A DNA stretch of 64,000 nucleotides from an uncultured virus (IMG/VR IMGVR_UViG_3300045210_000027). Lineage: Duplodnaviria; Heunggongvirae; Uroviricota; Caudoviricetes. Shown here in pieces: positions 10,901 to 19,317 of the stretch; the first letter of the stretch is position 1; the number at the start of each line of letters is the position of its first letter. The position numbers and the translations under genes were made by a program. The notes beneath the pieces are model-generated. The model did not search any database, had not been told where the DNA came from, and worked only from the letters and a program-made list of their open reading frames with translations. The stretch is taken from the IMG/VR virus record IMGVR_UViG_3300045210_000027, one strand, 5' to 3'.

Positions 10901-11067
10901 GCGCCGGCGCCGATCGCCGCCACGCCCGCGAGCGCCGCGAGTCCGAACTTGCGGCCCGTCGAGCGCCCCGTTCGTTCGGCGGCCTGCTCGGCGCCGCGGA
11001 GCATTCCCGGCCCGAAGCCGGACATGTCGGGAAGTACCGGGAGCCAGACGGCGGAGTCCTGGGACAT
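7960..11067 (-). CDS. Tape measure protein with C-terminal M23 peptidase
   Basis: 1035 aa helical with W-spaced repeats; HAGID, HLS and STGPHLHFEV M23 motifs. Confidence 0.92.
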   Translation of the reverse strand: MSQDSAVWLPVLPDMSGFGPGMLRGAEQAAERTGRSTGRKFGLAALAGVAAIGAGAAAATRALYSIGETFDEVEDTIRVGTGATGDDLEALVESARQVGTQVPAQFEDIGTAVADLNTRLGLTGDDLETVASQVLEAGRILGEDVDIHGVSSAFNAFGLESDQVSGAMDHLFRVSQATGIGMNDLAAQVSSNAPAVQQLGFSFEETAALVGNLDRAGLNSSRMMMGMSQSLVRLARDGEEPAEAFRRTVDEIDAFLAAGDQAAAIDLAGEVFGTRNATQFIGAIQDGTLAMDDLASVAGMTEDTILGAGEETMDFAEQWQLFKNNVLVVLEPIASRVFSAFGDGMAWLTESAFPALSSAWDSYVSPVLSWIGDMWDEYIGPALTSLGDTLTNVIVPALVEFGDRAQTMWTEYVEPTFMGIWGVIQDYVIPTIRELWQDVIKPAFTEIGETIQAWWDNVGRPIFNKVEDIIINKVGPAITGLWQNVVGPAFAGIGDFISSAWNNVIKPIFDTIQSILNGDLTGAFNSFKDAVTGVFETVGGVISDIWNATIKPVWQAMSSFISDTVVPGVETGVDFLRRAFDRVANFFRTPINWVIRYVWNAGLRKAYNAVAGVIGASQLERADEIGEFGGTPASAPVQRGSTTRGLAPRAFARGGYASPGWALVGEEGPELIDLTTPGRVYTAGQTAEALAALDAGRDLTDQQSQILAGPSPARALAPMGGPGDWVSDAWGAVTDAAGAALRWTRGALASAADALLGPIFEGIAGRMAEHGRFGELAGSAMVNVKDRLMDWIRGQDEEYLARTMSGVDKFDPAMLGAGVAGAGAGGGWLRPGPGPVTSRFGPRWGGMHAGIDLAMPVGTQLRAPFDGQVIRSGFGTLAGRTGLGLMMMLANGFGAYFGHLSRVFAADGQAFNRGDILALSGNTGNSTGPHLHFEVNRGNFQAPINPTMTGLFDQGGILEHGHAALNLSGEPEAILTGDQWRQLEAIANGEAQWPAYATGPAAVVTVENGDAGRVVGAIDFAMKARERGVRARSRG

Positions 11068-11088
11068 GGCAGACCGCCCCCTCTCTGA

Positions 11089-11616
11089 TCAGTCGGTGCT
11101 GGTGGGGGCCTGCGCGTGCTTCTTCGCCCATCGGCGTTGAGCGTCCGAGATCGATTCCGCGAGCGCCGCGCGTGCGCGGCGACGCCTGGTCTCTTCGAGT
11201 CGGTGGCTCGCGGTACGGGGCCGTGGGGCAGGTACGTGCGCGGGGATCTGTTTCTGTCCCGTCGCCTGGGCCGTCAGGACGTCGAGGGTTCGCTTCGCGA
11301 TGTCCGCGAGGTCCGTCAGGAGCTCGACCTCTTCCGACCAGGCCGACACCCTCGGCCCCGTGGGGCGCAGGATGTCGGCCTGGTCGTCTGCCTGCCTTGC
11401 CGCGAGTGCGATCGCGAGATCGTCGTCGTCGGCCTGGGCCTGCCCGAGCTGGGACGCCCGGGGCATCGCGCGGATCAGGGCGGAGAGCTTCCGCCACGAG
11501 TGCGCGCCTTGGAAGAAGGCGATGAGGTCGAGCCCATAGAACCGGTGCAGGTCGACCTCGATGGCCTCGCCGTACCGGTCAACGGTGTGGATCAGGGACG
11601 GGAGCGCGCTTCCCCC
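11089..11616 (-). CDS. Tail assembly chaperone, -1 frameshift extension (gpGT-like)
   Basis: -1 frame is open from GGGGGAA (11610-11616): ...DRYGEAIEVDLHRFYGLDL...SWRKL...MPRAS. Confidence 0.85.
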   Translation of the reverse strand, partial: GGSALPSLIHTVDRYGEAIEVDLHRFYGLDLIAFFQGAHSWRKLSALIRAMPRASQLGQAQADDDDLAIALAARQADDQADILRPTGPRVSAWSEEVELLTDLADIAKRTLDVLTAQATGQKQIPAHVPAPRPRTASHRLEETRRRRARAALAESISDAQRRWAKKHAQAPTSTD

Positions 11617-11987
11617 GCGGGCTTGTACCCCGCGCCGATGAGCTTCTGCACCTTGCGGGGATCGCGCTCAGTGATGGTGCCGCCCCCGGGCCCCTCAAGG
11701 CGGATCTCCTCGGTGAGGCGGAAGTGCACCATGATGTCGGTGACCAAGTTCTGCATCGCCTCGAACGGTGCGCGGCTCACGAGCTCGCGGATGCGTGCGT
11801 AGTGGTCCCCGGTCAGGGCCGAGAGCATGGCCTCGCTGTCCCCGGACCGGTAGGCGCGGGACCACTGGATGATCGCCGCCCCAGAGGGCGCCGCGATCGT
11901 GAGGACCTCGTCCTTGGAGACCGGGAGCTGGAACGCCTCGATGCGCGCTTCGTCGGCGTACTGGTCCCACGTCTTGAACTCGCTCAC
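11592..11987 (-). CDS. Tail assembly chaperone (gpG-like)
   Basis: Between major tail and tape measure genes; ends at a slippery site. Confidence 0.85.
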   Translation of the reverse strand: MSEFKTWDQYADEARIEAFQLPVSKDEVLTIAAPSGAAIIQWSRAYRSGDSEAMLSALTGDHYARIRELVSRAPFEAMQNLVTDIMVHFRLTEEIRLEGPGGGTITERDPRKVQKLIGAGYKPAGEARSRP

Positions 11988-12229
11988 TTGCCCCCCTCGG
12001 CCAGCTTGTAGCCGGCGGACAGCAGGTTGTTGACCTCGGTCGGTGAAGACGCCACATGGCGGCGGCCATCCGGCGCGGTCATCTCCGTCCGGGTGCGCTT
12101 CGGCTTCTCGGCCTTGCTCGAGGTCGCCGGCTTGCGCGCGGCAGCGGGCTTCGAGGACTTCGCGGGCGTGGTCGTGTCAGGCATGGTCGTCTCCTTGGGT
12201 GTCGTCTGGCCGGTCGTCGTCTCGGTCAC
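11984..12229 (-). CDS. Hypothetical protein
   Basis: GTGA overlaps on both sides. Confidence 0.6.
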   Translation of the reverse strand: MTETTTGQTTPKETTMPDTTTPAKSSKPAAARKPATSSKAEKPKRTRTEMTAPDGRRHVASSPTEVNNLLSAGYKLAEGGK

Positions 12230-12903
12230 GGGGTGCCCCCTGCGGGGTCAAAGCCCATGCCCTCGAGGCGGGCCTCGGATCCGCACCACCACGTGCGCAG
12301 CGACGTGCCCGCGTTCGGGTCGACCATCGCGCCGAAGTTGCACGGGTAGAGCCACTCGCCGTCCTCCGACCACCGCTGGTCGGAGAACTCGGTCATGGTC
12401 GCCCGCGGCAGGTAGCGCACCTGGTGGAGGACGTCGGCGCCCACGCCGTCCTGCGCGATCGCCAGGACCTCGTACTCGATGAGGCCCGGACGGGCCGGCG
12501 CGTCGTAGGTGACCGCGCCGCCGGCGATCTGCTTGACCTGGTCCGCGGGCAGCGACTCGTACAGGGCGAGCGTCGCGCGGTTCGACTCCTGCGCCGTGAA
12601 GCGCAGACCTCGCACGTCCCCGGTGACGTCCCGTCGGGTCGGCTCGGCGTAGCCGGCGGACTCGGTGTCCGCGACAGTCGTCGACCGGGACCACGTCGAC
12701 CCGTCGGCCTTGGTGATCAGACCGACCGGGATGAAGTTCGGCGGGATGATCAGGCCACCGTCTTCGGCGTCCCACACGGACTCGATCGGCGTGATGGCCT
12801 GCCCTTTGACGCGGGGCTTGATGAGCACGGTCTGCTCGAGGGCCTTGAAGATGTTGTCGGGGTTGTCGTTCGCGTTCTTGAACTCGGGCAGGGTGATAGA
12901 CAT
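12226..12903 (-). CDS. Major tail protein
   Basis: Start MSITLPEF with RBS; VGLIT.DG, GY.EPTR.D motifs; synteny. Confidence 0.85.
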   Translation of the reverse strand: MSITLPEFKNANDNPDNIFKALEQTVLIKPRVKGQAITPIESVWDAEDGGLIIPPNFIPVGLITKADGSTWSRSTTVADTESAGYAEPTRRDVTGDVRGLRFTAQESNRATLALYESLPADQVKQIAGGAVTYDAPARPGLIEYEVLAIAQDGVGADVLHQVRYLPRATMTEFSDQRWSEDGEWLYPCNFGAMVDPNAGTSLRTWWCGSEARLEGMGFDPAGGTP

Positions 12904-12954
12904 AGCAGCCCCTTTCAGGGTCAGAGGATGGGAGCGCCCCACCGGGCGCGATCG

Positions 12955-13350
12955 TCAGCCGCGACGAATGCGACGGACGTTGACGCGAGCCGACAGCACG
13001 GCCCGCTCGATAGCCGGGTTTCCCCAGCTCACAGCGGTCGGCCCGCTGGCAGTGGAGATCGAGTCGAACTGGACGCCGGCGACCTTCTGGCCCCCGAGCG
13101 CATGCATCGCCAACCGGCACTGCTCCGCGAGCGCCCACATGTGCGACTCGCTGGCGGCGAGGACGTCGAGGTCGATCACGGTCGAGGCCGTGATGTAGTC
13201 ATCCGACCCCGGCCCGCGGCTGACACGGATGAACGGAAGGTGCTCCTCGAGCCGTGGCGGTGTGGCCGTGGACACGCGTCCCGGCGGGACGTCCAGCCAC
13301 GCGTGCAGGTGGGCGATCACGGGAGGAAGCACGTTCGGGAACGGCTGCAC
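12955..13350 (-). CDS. Tail terminator
   Basis: LPFIRV.R..GSDD...IDLDV motif; synteny. Confidence 0.75.
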   Translation of the reverse strand: MQPFPNVLPPVIAHLHAWLDVPPGRVSTATPPRLEEHLPFIRVSRGPGSDDYITASTVIDLDVLAASESHMWALAEQCRLAMHALGGQKVAGVQFDSISTASGPTAVSWGNPAIERAVLSARVNVRRIRRG

Positions 13351-13354
13351 CGGA

Positions 13355-13678
13355 TCACCACCTATCGACCTGCTGGACACCCGGAGTCGTGCGGAACTCC
13401 TCCGCCGCCCGACCGAGCACTCGGCGCCGGTCGACCCGCGACGTCCCGTACTCGGCCTCGGCGTTGTTCGACCGGACGTCGACGACCGGGCGGCCGGTGG
13501 ACTGCCGCTTCTCCTCGGTCGTGAACTCGGCGTCCACGTTGTCCGCGGCCGCGAGTTGCTCGGCGCGATCCCGGACCTTCTCGGCGTGATCCTTCAAGTG
13601 CTGGACCACGTCCGGGTTGACCATGGCCTGGCGGATCAGGTCCTCGTTGATGGTCACTCGAGCGCGAGGCGGGCTCAT
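13355..13678 (-). CDS. Neck / tail-completion protein (HK97 gp10-like)
   Basis: EYGT motif; synteny. Confidence 0.65.
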   Translation of the reverse strand: MSPPRARVTINEDLIRQAMVNPDVVQHLKDHAEKVRDRAEQLAAADNVDAEFTTEEKRQSTGRPVVDVRSNNAEAEYGTSRVDRRRVLGRAAEEFRTTPGVQQVDRW

Positions 13679-14028
13679 CCCGAAGCCCTCGCGACGGCGA
13701 CCTTCTGGAAGCCAGGCACGAGGAAGCCTCCCGGCTGCCGGCCCGCCTCACCGTCGACCTCGTAGTCCAGGCCGTCGATCACGATCGCGTCATAGGCGTC
13801 CAGGTCCACGTCAAGATCAACCGCGACCCAGTACCCCCACACGACCTGATCTCTGGCGTTCGTGTCCTCCGTCGAGCTCCGCGGCTCGTACCAGGCCCGG
13901 ACGGCCGTCGTCGTGGGCGGACCGATCACCGGCTTGCCGTACTCGTCGAAGACCGGCTGGCCGGCCTCGTCGCGTACCTGCTCGCCCGGCTTCTTGAGTC
14001 CGACGCTCTGCGTCATCAGCCCGATCAC
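13675..14028 (-). CDS. Head-to-tail stopper
   Basis: D.IVIDG..YEVDGE motif. Confidence 0.7.
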   Translation of the reverse strand: MIGLMTQSVGLKKPGEQVRDEAGQPVFDEYGKPVIGPPTTTAVRAWYEPRSSTEDTNARDQVVWGYWVAVDLDVDLDAYDAIVIDGLDYEVDGEAGRQPGGFLVPGFQKVAVARASG

Positions 14029-14540
14029 GGCTGCCACCCCAGGGTGTAGGCCGCGAGCGGGGAGTCGCTCAGGATCGCGCTCGTGTCGAGCGAGACCGAC
14101 CGGCCAAGAAGCGACTCCTGGCGGACCCGACCGCCCGTGCGCACCGCGGCCGCACGGTCCGCGACGATCTGCAAGACGTCCTCCGGGCACTCCTCATAGC
14201 CGTGCTTGAACTCGACGCGGATCCACACCGGAGGCGCCTCGGTGAACAGCAAGATGCCCTGCTCCACCGACCACCACGGCTGCGAGTCCGGCCGCCAGGG
14301 CTCAGGCGTGCCCGTCAGGGAGAGCGCCTCGATGCTGGTGACCTGGGCGAGCTTGAGCGTCGGGAGGAGTACCTCCCGCGCCCCGCCCGTCCGGATCACC
14401 GACGTCGTCGTGACCTCGGGGGCAATGTGCCACCGGCACTCGGACCGGACCGACGCCGCGGCAGCCTTGACCGAGGCGGCAGAGAACGGGGCGCCGGCAT
14501 ACCCCGACAACGCGTCGGGAGTCGTCAGATCGTCCACCAC
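14025..14540 (-). CDS. Head-to-tail adaptor
   Basis: VR..C.WHIAP and V.F.HGY...P.DV motifs. Confidence 0.75.
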   Translation of the reverse strand: MVDDLTTPDALSGYAGAPFSAASVKAAAASVRSECRWHIAPEVTTTSVIRTGGAREVLLPTLKLAQVTSIEALSLTGTPEPWRPDSQPWWSVEQGILLFTEAPPVWIRVEFKHGYEECPEDVLQIVADRAAAVRTGGRVRQESLLGRSVSLDTSAILSDSPLAAYTLGWQP

Positions 14541-14554
14541 AGCGCCCCCTCCCT

Positions 14555-14803
14555 CTACTTCGTGGCGCCGGCGGCGCCCGCCTTGTTCGCCGGCTGGCGA
14601 CCCTGCTTTGCTCCCGCGGACTTCTCGGCCTCCGCCTTCGCAGCCGCCTCGGTTTCCACCTTCGCAGCGGCGTCGCGGGCTTTGGCTGCCCGGACGGCGG
14701 TCTTGTCGGCGTTCGTCAGGCCGCGCTTCTTCGCGTCCTTCTCGGTCAGCTGCACCGTCGTGCGGTGCTTGCCAACCTGGATGTCGTACCGGTCCAGTGC
14801 CAT
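14555..14803 (-). CDS. Hypothetical Ala/Lys-rich protein
   Basis: Follows capsid gene; P.NK C-terminal motif. Confidence 0.6.
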   Translation of the reverse strand: MALDRYDIQVGKHRTTVQLTEKDAKKRGLTNADKTAVRAAKARDAAAKVETEAAAKAEAEKSAGAKQGRQPANKAGAAGATK

Positions 14804-14833
14804 GCGAATCTCCGATCGTTGAGTGTCGGTGAC

Positions 14834-14879
14834 GGCGCCCGCCCGGGGGCCACGATGGGCTCGCCCCGGGCGGGCGCCG
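14834..14879 (-). terminator. Hairpin after major capsid gene A
   Basis: ggcgcccgcccgggg ... ccccgggcgggcgcc inverted repeat. Confidence 0.6.
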
Positions 14880-14892
14880 CGACTGGGTGGGG

Positions 14893-16215
14893 TCAGGCCG
14901 CGACGTCGGTGACGACGAACGCCTGCGGACGGGTGACACCGAAGGCGACGCGCTCCTCGGCGAGGACCGCGACCAGGTTGCGGATGAAGAAGTCCGCGTG
15001 GCTGTCGGAGATCGTCACCGTGGTCTGCTCCCGGTCCCACAGGACCGAGCGGGAGAAGTCCCCGACGAGACCCTGGCCGGCATCGATCGCCTCGGTCTCC
15101 ACGATCGGCAGACCCCACAGCGTGCGGGGGCCGAGCGCGAACGGGCCGGCGGAGAAGTACTTCCCCGTCGAACCGTTCTCCCGGGCGAGGTCGACCGTCT
15201 CGACGTCCTCCGGGTTCAGGAGCACCGCGTTCGGGACGACGCGGCCCACCGTGCGGGCCTTCGTCATCGCCTTGCGCACCGACCGGAAGATGTCCGTGTC
15301 GAAGGCCTGCGCCTGGATGCCCGAGGTGTTGAGGATGCCCGGCAGGTTCTCGCCCGTGCCGTCACCGTTGAGGATCTGGTCCTCCTCGGTCTCGGCGATG
15401 TCCGCGGCGAGCTCGTCACGGATCAGGCCCTCGAGCTGGGCCGCGTCGGCGAGCGCCCGCTTGGTGGCCGGCACCCACTCGGCGATCGTCTTCACGGTCG
15501 CGGTCTCGCGCTCGAAGGCCCACGAGCCCTCGGGCTTGACGCCGGCCTGGGCGATGGTGACCTCGCTGCCCTCTGCGCCGGACCCGACGGCGGCGGAGGT
15601 GGAGGCCTCCGGGACAGGTGCGGCGGCATTGGTGTGCGAGGTCTGGCGGACGTACTCCACCGTGTCGGAGCCGGTCTGGCGGACCGAGATGATGTCTCGG
15701 ACCGTCAGGGGCCGGCGGCCAAGCATCTCGATGATGCCGGTCTGCTCCGGGGTGACGAACGCACCGGCGGAGGTGCCGGAGCCGCCGGTGAACAGCGACT
15801 TCACCGCGATCGGGTCGGTGGAGAAGTGGGCGCGCTCGGGGACGTTGACCGACCCGTCAGCCTTCACGTAGGGCTTGATGGCGGCCTTGAAGGCGTCCGA
15901 CTGGACGACCTGCACGCCGAGGTTCTCCACGCGCTTGACGCGGTCCTCGTGGCTCTTCTGCGCCTCGACGTCGGCGACGGCGTTCTTCCCGATCTCCGCG
16001 GCGAGGGACTTCGCCTCGTCGAGGATCGCGGCGTCGGCCTTCGCGGTCTTGATCTGGTCGAGAAGGCCGCGGGCCTTCTCCATGACCTCGTCGTAGTCGT
16101 GCTTCTCGCCCTCGGTCATCATTCGCTCGGCGTCCGACGCCGGCTTCGCGATGTCCTCGGCCTGCTTGATGGCGGCGATCGCCGCCTCCTGCAGGGTCTT
16201 GAGCTTCGTGCTCAT
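14893..16215 (-). CDS. Major capsid protein (HK97 family, with delta domain)
   Basis: Coiled N-terminus; EEDQILNGDGTG, LWGLPIV, GDF and LAEERV motifs. Confidence 0.95.
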   Translation of the reverse strand: MSTKLKTLQEAAIAAIKQAEDIAKPASDAERMMTEGEKHDYDEVMEKARGLLDQIKTAKADAAILDEAKSLAAEIGKNAVADVEAQKSHEDRVKRVENLGVQVVQSDAFKAAIKPYVKADGSVNVPERAHFSTDPIAVKSLFTGGSGTSAGAFVTPEQTGIIEMLGRRPLTVRDIISVRQTGSDTVEYVRQTSHTNAAAPVPEASTSAAVGSGAEGSEVTIAQAGVKPEGSWAFERETATVKTIAEWVPATKRALADAAQLEGLIRDELAADIAETEEDQILNGDGTGENLPGILNTSGIQAQAFDTDIFRSVRKAMTKARTVGRVVPNAVLLNPEDVETVDLARENGSTGKYFSAGPFALGPRTLWGLPIVETEAIDAGQGLVGDFSRSVLWDREQTTVTISDSHADFFIRNLVAVLAEERVAFGVTRPQAFVVTDVAA

Positions 16216-16240
16216 GGTGTCCTCCTTGGACGGTGGATGG

Positions 16241-17017
16241 TCAGATCAGTGCCTCGAGCTGGATGCCGAGACGTTCCAGCGCCAGGGAGTCGACGGAAGG
16301 TCCGCTGGACTTCTCACGGGCCCCGGGCGTGCCGGGGGTGGCGAGGCAGTCAGGGCCGGTGGCCTTCTCCTGGTCGGTGCCCTCGGCGGCCTCGATGACG
16401 GCCCCGATGGCGTCCTGCGCGGAGCGCAGGGAGTCGATGTGCTTGGCCGCGAGGACGCGGCCTTCCTTCTGCCCGGTCGCGATCTGGGCGGCCAGGGAGC
16501 GGGATGCTGCCTCGGCGGCCTTGACCGCGAGGATCTCGGTGGACTGGTTCGCGCCGATCGGGACGACGGAGACCTCGTAGAGGGAGAGCTTGGTCAGCTC
16601 GACGAACTTCTCGCCGTCCTCGGTGACCTCGGACGACTCGAGGACGTCATAGGCGAAGCTCATCTGGTTGATGCGCCGGCCCTTGACCAGTCGGTACACC
16701 TGCTTCGCCTTACCCGTGTCGGCCTCGATGTCGAGACGCCCGGTGACGAGCAGCCCGTGGTCGTCCTCCTCGGCCTTGACGATGTGCCCGATGTTGAAGT
16801 CGGGATCGTCGAACCGGTGGCCGAACAGCAGCGGGAGTTCCGCGTCGCCCTTCGACCACTCGTCCAGGGTCTCGGTGAACGCGCCCTTGCGGACGACGTC
16901 GCCGTAGGCGTCGACGTTGTCGAACACCGACGCGTAGGCGGTGAACGTGCCCTCCTCGAGCCCGTCGTCCGGGCCGGCCTTGACGCCCGTGAGAGGCGCG
17001 AACTTCGTGTGCATCAT
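16241..17017 (-). CDS. HK97-type prohead protease
   Basis: YASVF.NVD.YGD, MSF.Y and EVSVV..GAN motifs. Confidence 0.93.
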   Translation of the reverse strand: MMHTKFAPLTGVKAGPDDGLEEGTFTAYASVFDNVDAYGDVVRKGAFTETLDEWSKGDAELPLLFGHRFDDPDFNIGHIVKAEEDDHGLLVTGRLDIEADTGKAKQVYRLVKGRRINQMSFAYDVLESSEVTEDGEKFVELTKLSLYEVSVVPIGANQSTEILAVKAAEAASRSLAAQIATGQKEGRVLAAKHIDSLRSAQDAIGAVIEAAEGTDQEKATGPDCLATPGTPGAREKSSGPSVDSLALERLGIQLEALI

Positions 17018-17042
17018 GGTTCCTTTCGCCCTCGCGGGGTGG

Positions 17043-18998
17043 TCAGGGGATCTCTACGTCGAGCGCGCACTGGCATCCGGCGACCTCGTCCACGTCGCCG
17101 TCGATCGATCCCGGGTACTGCATGCCGTTGCTGAACGGCTGCCCGACCGGGACCGTCTCCCCGTGCATGGCCGCATGGCTCGCACGTGGGTTGCTCGAGG
17201 TGACAACCCACGTCTTGGTCGCCTTGCTCGGTGCGAGCTGGCGAGCTGCCTCACGCACCCCGAACGCGGCCACCGACGTCGCGAGCGCCGCACCGGCGGA
17301 CAGCGAACGTGCCTCCTCGGCGACGTCGAAGACGTGGTCGACGGCGTCGGCCTCGGTGAGGTCCTCGGCGAGGTCGGCGAGCGCGTCCTCGATCTGGTTG
17401 CGGGTCGTGTCGTTGATCCACGTCGCCCGGGAGGACGCGACGGCGGCCAGGAACTTCTCCGTGCGCTCCTGGTCGTAGTCGTCCGGCGGGAAGCCCAGAT
17501 CGTTCGCGGCGGCGCGGCCCTTGCGGGTCGCGAGCGCCGTGATGAGCGGGAGGATCGCGTCAACGAGGGCGTCGTCCCACGCGTCGGCGTCCCACCAGTC
17601 GCCGCCGTCCTCGAGCAGTCGGATGACCTGCTTGCGCTGCGTGGCGAAGAAGTCGGTGAGCGCCTTGATCGCGTCGTCTCGCTCGCTGTCGGTGACCTCG
17701 GTGCGGGCCTTGCGGGCCGGCTCCTTGGTCAGTAGCGCGGCCGCCTTGCTCGCGGGGAGCATGACGATCGCGTTCTCGCGCATGCGGGTCGAGTCGGTCG
17801 GGGAGGCCTGGCCGCCCTCGGCGACGTTCAGCGGCACGATCAGCTCGTCGCCGCCGTCGATCGCCGGCAGGTTCTGCCGGGCCCGGGCCTCGTTGCGGGT
17901 CATCCACGGGCCACCGGTGGAGGACTGCAACGTGGTCGCTTCCTCGGCGAAGTCGCCGCGGAGCTTATCCCGCAGGTTGTACTCCACGTACAGGTCATCG
18001 GTGTCCGGGAACTCGGGGAAGAGCTGAGCCATGAGCTGCTCCTCGAACTGGGTCAGCCACGGCCCGAGCGTGTCCTGGTACAGGTGCTTGTGCTGCTCGC
18101 GGATGTTGGAGAACGTCGCGTGATCGAGAATCCCGATCAGGGGCGGAGGGATGAAGTACGCGGCCGCGACCTCTTCGCGGGCGAGCTTGCGGACCTCCAC
18201 GTACTGCAAGGCCTTCGCGTCCTGCCCGGCAGGCACGAACTCCATGCCGTCCTCGAGGATCGGCGTGCCGCCACTCTCGGGACCATCACCGGAGTACTGC
18301 GAGCGCCAGGACGACTTGAACCGCTCGCGGGCGGTGTCCGACCACGGCTGGGTCGTAGCCGGCCGCTTCAAGTAGCCCGAGACGCGGGCACCGTTGCGGA
18401 GGGTCTGCTCCCGCATCCGGCCGGCCGCGTACTCCTCGGCGAGCATCTGGCGCAGGGACTCGATCGGGGACTCGCCCATCGAGTCCGCCGCCACGGAGTA
18501 GCCGTCGAGGACCACGAGCGCGTCGCGGGAGACCTCCTTCTTGCCGGAGACGCCGCGGATCGTAAACCGCTGCGCCCCGAGGAGGCCCATGTCGTGGGGC
18601 TGCACCCACGTCGGAGGCACCCGGACCAGGCCGCCGACCTGTCCGTTCTCACCCTTGACCTTGAGGGCGTAGGCGACGTCGTAGATCGCCTTGTCGCGGG
18701 CCAGCGCGTCGAACAGGTTGAACCGGGTCGAGCCGGGTGCTGGTTGGGCGAGCAGGCGGGCGATCGGGTGATCCGTGATCCGCTCGCGGTCGGTGTCCGA
18801 CACGCGGCGGAACGTCTGGAGCTTGAGACCGGCGATGTTCCGGCCCAGGAAGGTCACGACCGTGCGGACGGACGGCTGCTTGCGGAAGATCTCCCCGTAG
18901 GCCTGCGTGAGGCCCTCGGCGAGCTGGATCGAGGTCCGCATCATCGGCTGCTGGTGAGCCAGCGTGCGCACCTGCCCCTGAGAGACAACGAACGGCAT
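17043..18998 (-). CDS. Portal protein fused to a MuF-like minor head domain
   Basis: HK97 portal motifs (ILEDGM, MTRNEAR) followed by KTW...R..HA.MHGE...GCQC. Confidence 0.9.
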   Translation of the reverse strand: MPFVVSQGQVRTLAHQQPMMRTSIQLAEGLTQAYGEIFRKQPSVRTVVTFLGRNIAGLKLQTFRRVSDTDRERITDHPIARLLAQPAPGSTRFNLFDALARDKAIYDVAYALKVKGENGQVGGLVRVPPTWVQPHDMGLLGAQRFTIRGVSGKKEVSRDALVVLDGYSVAADSMGESPIESLRQMLAEEYAAGRMREQTLRNGARVSGYLKRPATTQPWSDTARERFKSSWRSQYSGDGPESGGTPILEDGMEFVPAGQDAKALQYVEVRKLAREEVAAAYFIPPPLIGILDHATFSNIREQHKHLYQDTLGPWLTQFEEQLMAQLFPEFPDTDDLYVEYNLRDKLRGDFAEEATTLQSSTGGPWMTRNEARARQNLPAIDGGDELIVPLNVAEGGQASPTDSTRMRENAIVMLPASKAAALLTKEPARKARTEVTDSERDDAIKALTDFFATQRKQVIRLLEDGGDWWDADAWDDALVDAILPLITALATRKGRAAANDLGFPPDDYDQERTEKFLAAVASSRATWINDTTRNQIEDALADLAEDLTEADAVDHVFDVAEEARSLSAGAALATSVAAFGVREAARQLAPSKATKTWVVTSSNPRASHAAMHGETVPVGQPFSNGMQYPGSIDGDVDEVAGCQCALDVEIP

Positions 18999-19011
18999 GC
19001 GTCACCGCCTC

Positions 19012-19302
19012 TCAGAGAACCTGAATGAAGTCGAGCTCGGTGGCGTCGACGAAGACCTCGCCGTCGACCGGCGTGCTCTTACCTGCCTCGGCGATGAGTT
19101 CCGCGTTCCGCAGGACCAGGACGCCGCGACGACGCTCGACGGCCACGCCGATGACTGCCTGCCCGGACTTGAGGTTGGCGACGACGTGACGGGCCTCCAG
19201 GCGCCTCCAGGGCGACCTCCGCGAGCTCGTGGCCACCCAGAGGTAGCCGCCCGCAAGGGCCAGGTTGAGGACGATGAGGACGATCAGCGCTGCGATCAGC
19301 AC
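19012..19302 (-). CDS. Small membrane-anchored protein between terminase and portal
   Basis: N-terminal TM; DGEVFVD...FIQ C-terminus. Confidence 0.65.
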   Translation of the reverse strand: MLIAALIVLIVLNLALAGGYLWVATSSRRSPWRRLEARHVVANLKSGQAVIGVAVERRRGVLVLRNAELIAEAGKSTPVDGEVFVDATELDFIQVL

Positions 19303-19317
19303 GCGCCCCTCCCTTCA

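Noticed and set aside
5944..11088. 1714-aa plus-strand ORF and other long antisense ORFs (e.g. 39752-41878, 43288-45516, 53930-56539)
   Set aside because: Shadow frames of well-supported minus-strand genes in high-GC DNA; no recognisable motifs
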